DNA from: an uncultured Thermoleophilia bacterium
GTDB lineage: Bacteria > Actinomycetota > Thermoleophilia > UBA2241
Length of the DNA stretch: 64,000 bases
NCBI GenBank assembly: GCA_963699725.1
Contig: CAVOVA010000007.1
Span: forward strand, 29,108-93,107
Direction: 5' to 3'
The number at the start of each line of letters is the position of its first letter. Positions within the stretch are counted from its first letter, which is position 1. Below, one piece after another: positions 8,398 through 15,876 of this stretch. Below the pieces are notes generated by a model that had not been told where the DNA came from, ran no database searches, and worked only from the letters and a program-made list of their open reading frames with translations. Position numbers and translations under genes: made by a program.

Positions 8398-9627
8398 TCA
8401 GCCGCGGCGCACGCGACGCAACGCCCCCCGGCTCTTCCGCTTCAGCCGGGCGCGCTCGTGCGCGGCGATCAGGACGGGGATCTGGTGCCGCCATTCCAGG
8501 GACTCCTCCATGCGCCGGCGGCCGAGACGCCCCATCTCGGCTCTGCGCGGCTCGTCCTCCGCCAGCGTCACGATCAGGCGCGCGAGGTCACCCTCGTCGG
8601 ACTGGGCGTAGACGGAGGCGCCCTCGGCGGAGCGCCGGCCCTCGACGAGGTCGAACTGCACCGACGCTTTGCCGAGCGCCATGTAGTCCATGATCTTCGT
8701 CATCGTGGAGGCGTCGTTGAACGGCGTCTTGGGGTCGGGGTTCACGCACAGATCGCAGGTCGAGAGTCGCTGCAGCAGCTCCTCGTCGGAGACGCGTCCC
8801 GGGAACTCGACGTACTCGTCCACGCCGAGGTCGCGACTCAGCCGGCGCAGTCCCTCGACCGCAGGGCCGCCGCCGATGATCGTGAACGAGAAGTCCTGCC
8901 GGCCGAGGTCGTGGACGATGATGCGCACGGCGCGCAACAGGTGATCGATGCCTTCCTGCTCGCCCATGGTGCCGACGTAGCCCACGAGGTAGCGACGGCC
9001 GCGCTTGTACGCAGGGTCAGGCGGGGTCTCGACGAACCGCGACAGGTCTGGACCGTTGCGAACGACGAACACGTCCTCGGGGTGCTTGTGGCCGCGCGTC
9101 AGCGCCACGGCGCGGTACGACTCGTTGGTGGACATGACGACGTCGGCTGTGGCGAACGTCAGCCGCTCCGCGAGCCGCAACAGCTGGTAGAACAGATCCC
9201 TGCGGCCGTACTTGGCCTCGTAGAGCTCGGGCGAGATGTCGTGGTGATCGAAGACCACCCGGGTCCCGTAGAGGAGCTTGAACCAGCCGGCCACGAGGAA
9301 GAGCAGGTCCGGCGGATTGCACACCTCGACGACGTCGAAGCCGCGCTCGCGCCGGACGCAACGCGCCAGACGCCACTCCCGCCAGAGGGCGACCGCGTAC
9401 TCCACCAGGTAGCCGCGCGGCGAGTCCGCCTCCAGGGGCATGTCGTGACGGTACACGTGGATGCCCTCGATGGTCTCGCGGCTCGCGGTCGCTCCCGGGC
9501 CCTTGGGCGAGATCACCGAGACCTCGTAGCCGGCCCCGGCCAGCGCTCGACACTCCATCCACACCCGCCGGTCGAACGGCACCGGGAGGTTCTCGACGAT
9601 GATGAGGAGGCTACCAGCCGACGCCAT
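8398..9627 (-). CDS. Glycosyltransferase, GT4 (GT-B) family
   Basis: MASAGSLLIIVENLPVPFDRRVWMECRALAGAGYEV is a typical N-terminus. The C-terminal half carries the GT4 nucleotide-binding region (VEFPGRV...LCVNPD). ATG 9627 was verified and overlaps the upstream dehydrogenase stop by 17 nt. Confidence 0.8.
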   Translation of the reverse strand: MASAGSLLIIVENLPVPFDRRVWMECRALAGAGYEVSVISPKGPGATASRETIEGIHVYRHDMPLEADSPRGYLVEYAVALWREWRLARCVRRERGFDVVEVCNPPDLLFLVAGWFKLLYGTRVVFDHHDISPELYEAKYGRRDLFYQLLRLAERLTFATADVVMSTNESYRAVALTRGHKHPEDVFVVRNGPDLSRFVETPPDPAYKRGRRYLVGYVGTMGEQEGIDHLLRAVRIIVHDLGRQDFSFTIIGGGPAVEGLRRLSRDLGVDEYVEFPGRVSDEELLQRLSTCDLCVNPDPKTPFNDASTMTKIMDYMALGKASVQFDLVEGRRSAEGASVYAQSDEGDLARLIVTLAEDEPRRAEMGRLGRRRMEESLEWRHQIPVLIAAHERARLKRKSRGALRRVRRG

Positions 9628-10903
9628 GAGTCTCCCGTCCGGAATCGTCGCCGCGGAACTGCCCCGCCAGGTCGATGACGGGTCTGCCGTCGCCGCGGGA
9701 CAACGCCTCGACGAAATCGCCGGACGCGTACGTGACGACGACCGTATCCGCCCACGCAACGGCGTCGCCGGCCGACTCCACGAGCAGCGCCTCGAAATGC
9801 GGCAGGTTGGCGTGGATGTACGCCAGGTTGGTCCCCATGAGGTGGGCGTGGTTCACGTCGCGGTCGTAGATGCGCACCTCGCACCCTTCGCCGAGGAGGC
9901 GCTTGACCAGCGGGACGGCCGGGCTCTCGCGCAGGTCGTCGGTGCCGGGCTTGAACGCGAGTCCCAGCACCCCGACGCGCTTGGGACGCGAGGCGAGCAC
10001 CGCCTGGAAGGCCAGCTCGATCTGCTGGGCGTTGCTGAGCGGGACGCTCTCCAACAGCGGCACCGGCACGTCCAGCCGCCGGGCCTGGGCGAGCAGGGCG
10101 CCGACGTCCTTGGGCAGGCACGAGCCCCCGTAGGCGAAGCCGGGGCGCAGGTACACCGGCGAGACGTTCAGCTTGGTGTCGCGGACGATCACGTCCATCA
10201 CGTCGCGGCCGTCGACGCCGAACGCCTTGGCGAGCCGCCCCACCTCGTTGGCGAACGCGATCTTGGTGGCGTGCCAGGCGTTGGCCACGTACTTGATCAT
10301 CTCCGCGACCGCCGGCTCGACGACGACGACCGGCGCGGACACGGCGGCGTACAGGGCGCGCACCTGGCGCTCCGCGGTCGCGTCGCCGGTCCCGATGATG
10401 GTGTAGGCCGGGGTGTCGTAGTCGCGGATCGCGGAACCTTCGCGCAGGAACTCAGGGTTGAACGCCAGATGGATGTCGGCGCCCTCGGCGGCGAAGAGCT
10501 CGGCGCAGCGCGCGAGGGTGCCGGGCGGCACCGTGCTCCTCAGGACGACCGCGTGCGCCCTGCCGAGGGCTCTCGCGGCCGTGGCGATCTCGCCGCACAC
10601 GCGCATCACGTACTGGAGGTCCGGCTCCCCGTTGGCGAGCGGCGGCGTGCCGACGGTGATCATGGTGATCTCCGAGCCCTCTATCGCCGCCTGCGCGTCG
10701 GTCGTCGCCGTGATGCGGCCGTCGGCCACGGCGCGCGCCAGCAGCACCTCCAGGCCATCTTCCACGATCGGCGAGCGCCCGGCGGCGACGCCGGCCACCT
10801 TCTCGGCGTTGACGTCCACGCCGATCACGTGGTGACCGTCCCGTGCGAGGCAAGCCGCGGTGACGGCGCCCACGTACCCCAGCCCGAAGATGCTGATCCT
10901 CAT
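9611..10903 (-). CDS. Nucleotide-sugar 6-dehydrogenase, closest by eye to GDP-mannose 6-dehydrogenase (AlgD type)
   Basis: MRISIFGLGYVGAVTAACLARDGHHVIGVDV, NPEFLREGSAIRDYD, AEMIKY..NAWHA.KI.FANE, GGSCLPKDV and GLAFKPGTDDLRESP run collinear with my recollection of Pseudomonas AlgD, through to the C-terminal GxxW. ATG 10903 sits in an ATGA overlap with the upstream gene. Confidence 0.8.
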   Translation of the reverse strand: MRISIFGLGYVGAVTAACLARDGHHVIGVDVNAEKVAGVAAGRSPIVEDGLEVLLARAVADGRITATTDAQAAIEGSEITMITVGTPPLANGEPDLQYVMRVCGEIATAARALGRAHAVVLRSTVPPGTLARCAELFAAEGADIHLAFNPEFLREGSAIRDYDTPAYTIIGTGDATAERQVRALYAAVSAPVVVVEPAVAEMIKYVANAWHATKIAFANEVGRLAKAFGVDGRDVMDVIVRDTKLNVSPVYLRPGFAYGGSCLPKDVGALLAQARRLDVPVPLLESVPLSNAQQIELAFQAVLASRPKRVGVLGLAFKPGTDDLRESPAVPLVKRLLGEGCEVRIYDRDVNHAHLMGTNLAYIHANLPHFEALLVESAGDAVAWADTVVVTYASGDFVEALSRGDGRPVIDLAGQFRGDDSGRETHGVGW

Positions 10904-12081
10904 GAGTGGTTCGACTCCTTCTCCAGCAGTGCGGCCAGCGCGTGCAGCATCGTCGCCTGGCCCCAGTGCAGCATCGGGGTCCTGTTCACGACGAGCGGCC
11001 AGCGCTGGAAGTAGAAGTATCCATCGGCATCCTGCATGTTCTCGATAGTCCACGCCGCCACCTGCCGGGCGAGAGCCAGCGCGCGGTCGTCGCCGCGGGC
11101 CTCCGCGATCACCACCAGCGTCTCGATCGCCTGCGCGGCGCACTGGATGTCGACCGGCCACGTCCGGTCCCAGTAGTACCGGGGCGTACCGTCGGGGAGG
11201 AAGAAGTGGTTCGTGAAGAAGTCTGCGCCGCGGGCGAACGCGTCGCGGTACGTGTCGTCACCGCTCGCCCGCATGTAGTGCCGGAGCGAGTCCAGCACGT
11301 AGCCGGTGTGGAAGTTGTCGACCCAGTGCAGGTTCTCCGCTTCCCCGTACCACCAGGAGCCGTCGTCACGCTGGCAGCCCACCGTGTAGGCGATCGCCGG
11401 GGCGGCGACGTCCAGAAACCGCCGGTCCCCGCCGCTCGCCGCGGTGCGCGCGAGGGCTGCAGCCGCCAGCATGCTGGCGTTGTGCACACAGCGGTACGAC
11501 GACGGGATGTAGCTGATGCAGGTCCCCTCGCCCTCGGGGCGACGCTCGAGATCGGCGACGATGAACTCCGCCACGCTGGTCGCCGCATTCTTGTACTCGA
11601 CCTTGGCGGTGACCTCCCAGGCGTCCAGGAAGGCGTGGGCGATCAGGGCGGTCCACACGACCGTGGGCTCGCCTTTGGGCAGGTAGAAGACCCGCGACTG
11701 GTAGTCGAAATGGTTGCCCCAGCAGAGCCCCGAGTACCCCGGGCTCGCGGCCTCCAGCAGCCATGCCAGACAACCCTCGGCGGCGGCGAGATGGCGAAGG
11801 TCGCCGCCGATGCCGTACAGCTTGAGGTAGGCGCGGGCCAGGTACCCGACCGCCTTGGTGCTCGTCGCCGGCTTGATGCCGAGCAGAGGACGCAGGTTCC
11901 AGGGGAACCTGCGCACGCCCTGCTGCAGCACCTGCCGTGACAGCGGAGTGACGGCCAGCGGTCGCACCCACGAGGAGAGGCCGTCGAAGGGGTCGTACGC
12001 GGCGTAATCGTGGTCTTCCAGCCAAGCTTCGAGGCGGGAAGCGCTCTCCCCGAGCACGTCCGTGAGAGGCGCGTCGCTCAC
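10900..12081 (-). CDS. Conserved hypothetical protein, probable (alpha/alpha)6 six-hairpin fold (glycan epimerase, lyase or hydrolase-like)
   Basis: The ORF is 393 aa with high GC3 and is translationally coupled on both sides (GTGA at 12078-12081, ATGA at 10900-10903). Repeated aromatic and acidic helical-hairpin motifs are present (CWGNHFDYQS, DDGSWWYGE, WVDNFHTGY, DADGYFYFQ). The function is inferred only. Confidence 0.55.
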   Translation of the reverse strand: MSDAPLTDVLGESASRLEAWLEDHDYAAYDPFDGLSSWVRPLAVTPLSRQVLQQGVRRFPWNLRPLLGIKPATSTKAVGYLARAYLKLYGIGGDLRHLAAAEGCLAWLLEAASPGYSGLCWGNHFDYQSRVFYLPKGEPTVVWTALIAHAFLDAWEVTAKVEYKNAATSVAEFIVADLERRPEGEGTCISYIPSSYRCVHNASMLAAAALARTAASGGDRRFLDVAAPAIAYTVGCQRDDGSWWYGEAENLHWVDNFHTGYVLDSLRHYMRASGDDTYRDAFARGADFFTNHFFLPDGTPRYYWDRTWPVDIQCAAQAIETLVVIAEARGDDRALALARQVAAWTIENMQDADGYFYFQRWPLVVNRTPMLHWGQATMLHALAALLEKESNHS

Positions 12082-13304
12082 CCTCCCGTCTCCTCCGTCG
12101 CAAACGGCTCGACCGCCGCCGGAGAGTCCGCTCCCGGGCCGGCAGGCGCGAACCAGTCCGTGTCGGGCGCGACGGCGCCGCCCTGCGCGGCGCGCACCTG
12201 GTCGACGACGGCCAGCAGGCGGTCGGCCGCGCGCCGCGGCGTGAAGTGCAGGACCGCGAAGCGCTGGGCCTCGCGTCCCAGCCGTGCACGCAGGGCCGAG
12301 TCCCGCGCCAGCGTCTCGAGCTGGTCGGCCAGAGACGAAGGGCGGGAGTCGGGGGTCACGAGGCCGTGCACGCCATCCTCGAAGAAGTCGTCCACGCCGC
12401 CCACGGAGGCGGTGACGACACCCATGCCGTAGGCCATCGCCTCGAGCAGCGTCGCCGGCATGCCCTCACCATGGCTCGTCGGGAACAGGTAGATGTCGCT
12501 CGCTGCCATGAGCCGCCGCTTCTCCTCTCCCCTGACGTCGCCGAGAAGGCGCACGTGCGCCACGCCGCGCTCGTTGACCCACCGGGCGGCGCGCGGAAGG
12601 TCTGGGCCGTCCCCGGCGACGGACACCCTCAGGTCGAGTCCACGCCCCTGCGCGAGCCGAACGGCCTCCAGCGCCTCGTACACCCCCTTGTCGGCACGGA
12701 TCCGCGACAGGAAGAGCACGTTCAGCGGCCCCTCCCGTTCACCCGGCGCCGCAACGGCGCCGGCGTTCGCGGCGCCCAGCGCGTCGTCGGCGACCACGGT
12801 CGTCGCCGTGTGCACCGGGCCCCGGTAGCCCCACCGGCGGAGCGCCGCGCGGAACCTGCCGGCAAGGACGATGACGGCATCCGCACCGAGGAACGACGCG
12901 GCGAAGGCGCGCCCGAGGCGACCGTCGATGGTCCGCTCGGTGCCGACCTGCCAACCGCGGATGAACACGACCACGCGCCTGCCGCGCGCCTTCGCCATGC
13001 GGACGATCACGCCGTCCCGGACCAGCGACTTGGCGTCCAGGCTGGGGTTGACGATGAGCACGCTACGGTCGTCGGCGCCGAGCTCGCGCCACAGACCGAC
13101 GCCGTCCCCGGCGAGCCGCGCGCCGGCGGACAGTGGCCCGTGTTCGCCCGGACGCTTGCCGATCACGAACAGGCGGGTGTCGCCCGGCAGATAGGGCTCC
13201 AGGCGCTCGTAGAAGTGCGCGACCCCGCCTCCGCGGCGCACGTCGGGCACGGTGATGAGCAGCCTCGCGCGCGCCTCGCCCGGCCCGGGCATCGCCGGCG
13301 TCAT
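12078..13304 (-). CDS. Glycosyltransferase, GT4 family
   Basis: The C-terminal half has LGDVRGEEK..L.AASDIYLFPTSHGEGMPATLLEAMAYGMGVVT (EX7E-type GT4 motif). ATG 13304 is in an ATGA overlap with the upstream GT4. Confidence 0.8.
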   Translation of the reverse strand: MTPAMPGPGEARARLLITVPDVRRGGGVAHFYERLEPYLPGDTRLFVIGKRPGEHGPLSAGARLAGDGVGLWRELGADDRSVLIVNPSLDAKSLVRDGVIVRMAKARGRRVVVFIRGWQVGTERTIDGRLGRAFAASFLGADAVIVLAGRFRAALRRWGYRGPVHTATTVVADDALGAANAGAVAAPGEREGPLNVLFLSRIRADKGVYEALEAVRLAQGRGLDLRVSVAGDGPDLPRAARWVNERGVAHVRLLGDVRGEEKRRLMAASDIYLFPTSHGEGMPATLLEAMAYGMGVVTASVGGVDDFFEDGVHGLVTPDSRPSSLADQLETLARDSALRARLGREAQRFAVLHFTPRRAADRLLAVVDQVRAAQGGAVAPDTDWFAPAGPGADSPAAVEPFATEETGG

Positions 13305-14386
13305 CCGGCCGCCTCCTCGTAGATACCGGTCCAGCGGTCCACCATCTGTGGGACCGAGAAGCGACGTTCCAGGCGCGCGCGTCCTGCCTCGCCCAGACGG
13401 CGGCGCAACTCGGCATCCTCCCGGAGCCGGCGAAGGGCGCGGGCGACCTCCTGCGGGTCGCCGGGCGGCACGACGAAGCCGCTGACGCCATCCTCGACGA
13501 CCTCGCGGTTGCCCCCGCTGTCGGTGCAGACCACCGGCAGCGAGCAGGCCATGTACTCGAGCAGGCTGTTGGAACAGCCCTCGGCGTGCCGCGCGGCGTT
13601 CGTCAGCAGCACGCCGACGTCCGCCGCCCGCACGTGCTCGAACACCTCGAGCCCGGCATCGACGAACGACGCGCTCCCCGCCTCGACCAGCGGGGCGGCC
13701 TGGCGCTCGAGCGCCGGCCGGTCGCCCCCGCCGCCGACGAAGACGAAGCGCCACTCGGCGTCGCCCCCGGCAGTGAGGAGCCGGGCCGCGGCGATGAGCG
13801 AGGTGAAGTCCTTGGCCGGCTCCATGCGGCCGGTCATGACGACGGTGAACGGCCGCCGCTCGTCACCCGCGACTCGGGGGGCGCCTGCCTCGAGACGCGC
13901 CAGCCGCCTCAGGTCGAAGCCGTTGTGGACCACGCGGCCACGCTCGCCTTCGAACCCCCAGGCCCGCAGCCCCGCGAGGCTGTTGGCCACGACGAGACGG
14001 GACGCGCGCATCGCCACGCGACGTGGCACCGCGAACCGCGGATTCACCGTGGCGTTGCGGATGGTGCCGTCGACCACGGGCACGCGGTGCGCGGCGGCCA
14101 CCGGCAGCGCCGCAGAGGCGCTCATCCACTGCCACGTGTGCAGCACGTCGGGCCGCCAGCGACGCACCAGGCGCCAGAGGTCCGCAACGGGCGAGGGATC
14201 CAGCCGCCAGCGGCGCTCGCTCAGGTCGACCGACAGGCCGAGATCGCGGAGCACGGCGACGAACGGGCCGCCGCCCATCCCCCACACGCGCACGTCGACG
14301 CTCCCCGGCAGACTCTCGGCGAGCAGGGCCAGCTGCCGCTCGGCCCCGCCGTTGGGGAAGCTGTCGCGAAGCATCAGGACTCTCAC
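13301..14386 (-). CDS. Glycosyltransferase, GT4 family
   Basis: VRVLMLRDSFPNGGAERQLALLAESL is a GT4 N-terminal motif, and EGCSNSLLEYMACSLPVVCTDSGGNREVV is a C-terminal motif. GTG 14386 is in a GTGA overlap with the upstream gene. Confidence 0.8.
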   Translation of the reverse strand: MRVLMLRDSFPNGGAERQLALLAESLPGSVDVRVWGMGGGPFVAVLRDLGLSVDLSERRWRLDPSPVADLWRLVRRWRPDVLHTWQWMSASAALPVAAAHRVPVVDGTIRNATVNPRFAVPRRVAMRASRLVVANSLAGLRAWGFEGERGRVVHNGFDLRRLARLEAGAPRVAGDERRPFTVVMTGRMEPAKDFTSLIAAARLLTAGGDAEWRFVFVGGGGDRPALERQAAPLVEAGSASFVDAGLEVFEHVRAADVGVLLTNAARHAEGCSNSLLEYMACSLPVVCTDSGGNREVVEDGVSGFVVPPGDPQEVARALRRLREDAELRRRLGEAGRARLERRFSVPQMVDRWTGIYEEAAG

Positions 14387-15537
14387 GCTTCGCCCGCCTC
14401 GTGCCGCTGGTCGTCGAACAACGCGACGTACTGCGCGCACACGCTGTCGGCGCTGTGCGTACGAGCGACGTACTCGACGCAGCGCGCCCCGATCTCGCGA
14501 CGAGCGGCCTCGTCTCGTACCAGCTCCGTGAGCATTCCGGCCATCGCCAGGCCATCACCATCAGCACAGGCGCCGAGCGCGCCGCTGCCGAGGAGTCCGT
14601 TGGGGTCGACGCTGAGCGACACCGTGGGCCTGCCGAGCGCCCAGCCCTCGAGCATCACGTTGGACAGTCCCTCCCACGCCGCGGTGTTGACCACCACGCG
14701 TGACCGGGCGATCAGATCGAGTGCCTCGTCGTGCGACGTACTGCCGACGACGGTGACGTTCGGCAAGGCCGCCAGCTGCGCCAACGCCGACTCAGCGGCG
14801 CCCGCCGACAGGCGGCCCGCGACGGCGAACCGCACGTCGCTCGCCGTCTGCGCGAGCTCGACCAGCTCCGCCAGGCCCTTGCGGCCGCGGTCCTCTCGGT
14901 GGACGTTGCCCACCCAGACGGCGTCGTGCTCCAGCGCGTCTTCGGGCGGTCGGTCCCCCGGGGCGGACACGATGTTCGGTATCAGCAGGTGCCGCAGGCC
15001 CATGCGTGCGCACAGCGCACTCTGGCCCTCGTGCTGGGTGATGATCCAGTCGGCAGCGTCGATCGCGCCTCGGCGGAAGTAGGCGTGCTCGAGCCTGCCC
15101 GCGATCGCCGCGGCTGGGCCCGAGCCCAGACCGTACGGGAGACGCGCGCTGTCTTCGAGGAGGTCCTTGTCGTTGGCCAGGCCGAGGAGCGACACCGCGC
15201 CGGCTCGCCGCGCCGCCCGCACGACGACCGGCGTGAAGTAGGCGCGGCCGCGCACGTAATAGACGTCCGCCTGCAACCCGAGCAGGATCCGGTACAGGTA
15301 GGGGGCACGGTACGTGACGGAGCGCAGGATGCGGACCCCTTTGCCCTTTCGCCATCCGGAGATGAGGCGCACGCCGGCGACGGTCTGTACCTCACCCTCA
15401 TAGCCGGGCACGACCAGAGAGACCTCGTGACCGCGGGCGGCGAGCGACCGCGCCAGCAGCGCCACCTGGCGCTCCGCGCCCCCGGTGTGGCCGCCGAGAA
15501 GGCCCCTCTCCGAATGACTGACACAACACACCCTCAC
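14383..15537 (-). CDS. Glycosyltransferase, GT4 family
   Basis: MRVCCVSHSERGLLGGHTGGAERQVALLARSLAARGHEV at the N-terminus and WEGLSNVMLEGWALGRPTVS near the C-terminus. It is the first gene of a six-gene minus-strand operon (15537 to 8398). Confidence 0.8.
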   Translation of the reverse strand: MRVCCVSHSERGLLGGHTGGAERQVALLARSLAARGHEVSLVVPGYEGEVQTVAGVRLISGWRKGKGVRILRSVTYRAPYLYRILLGLQADVYYVRGRAYFTPVVVRAARRAGAVSLLGLANDKDLLEDSARLPYGLGSGPAAAIAGRLEHAYFRRGAIDAADWIITQHEGQSALCARMGLRHLLIPNIVSAPGDRPPEDALEHDAVWVGNVHREDRGRKGLAELVELAQTASDVRFAVAGRLSAGAAESALAQLAALPNVTVVGSTSHDEALDLIARSRVVVNTAAWEGLSNVMLEGWALGRPTVSLSVDPNGLLGSGALGACADGDGLAMAGMLTELVRDEAARREIGARCVEYVARTHSADSVCAQYVALFDDQRHEAGEA

Positions 15538-15876
15538 CCTGTCGACCCCCCAGGTCTGACTGGCCTCGACCGCCGCTCGTCACTGCCCCGCATAGCCCCG
15601 GTCGACACCTGTCCAAAGGGGTGTCGCAACGTGGGTTCGTGCTTAGGATACGGGCACGTTCGAGGACGGCGCAACACGCGGGTTCCGCGCACGAACCGGC
15701 CTGGCCGCGATCGTTGCCTGACGCGGGAACGCCGACTTCGGAGCTCATCCCCAGCCGCGGTGCCCTCTGCTACCATGAACGCCGGGCGATCCGGTCTCCG
15801 AGCGCGCCCACGAATACTCTGTCGTCGCGAGGGGAGAGTGCATGGCAAGCGGTCCGGCTGAAGCGGCCGTGGCAAC
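15538..15876. promoter_or_regulatory. Divergent 339-bp intergenic region between two glycosyltransferase operons
   Basis: Inferred from gene geometry. It contains a 7-bp perfect inverted repeat, CGACACC-N10-GGTGTCG, at 15603-15626. Confidence 0.35.

Noticed and set aside
9611-12081. The AlgD-like gene as a marker of an alginate biosynthesis cluster.
   Set aside because: None of the other alginate genes (alg8, alg44, algK, algE, algG, algX, algL, algI/J/F) is recognisable. The neighbours are GT4 enzymes of a heteropolysaccharide pathway.
15640-15700. GGTTCG-containing segments in the divergent intergenic region, checked as a possible tRNA T-arm.
   Set aside because: No acceptor stem, anticodon arm or GTTCGAATC-type T-loop context could be built around them. 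The other intergenic gaps likewise gave no tRNA-like cloverleaf by eye. A proper tRNA/Rfam scan would still be worthwhile.
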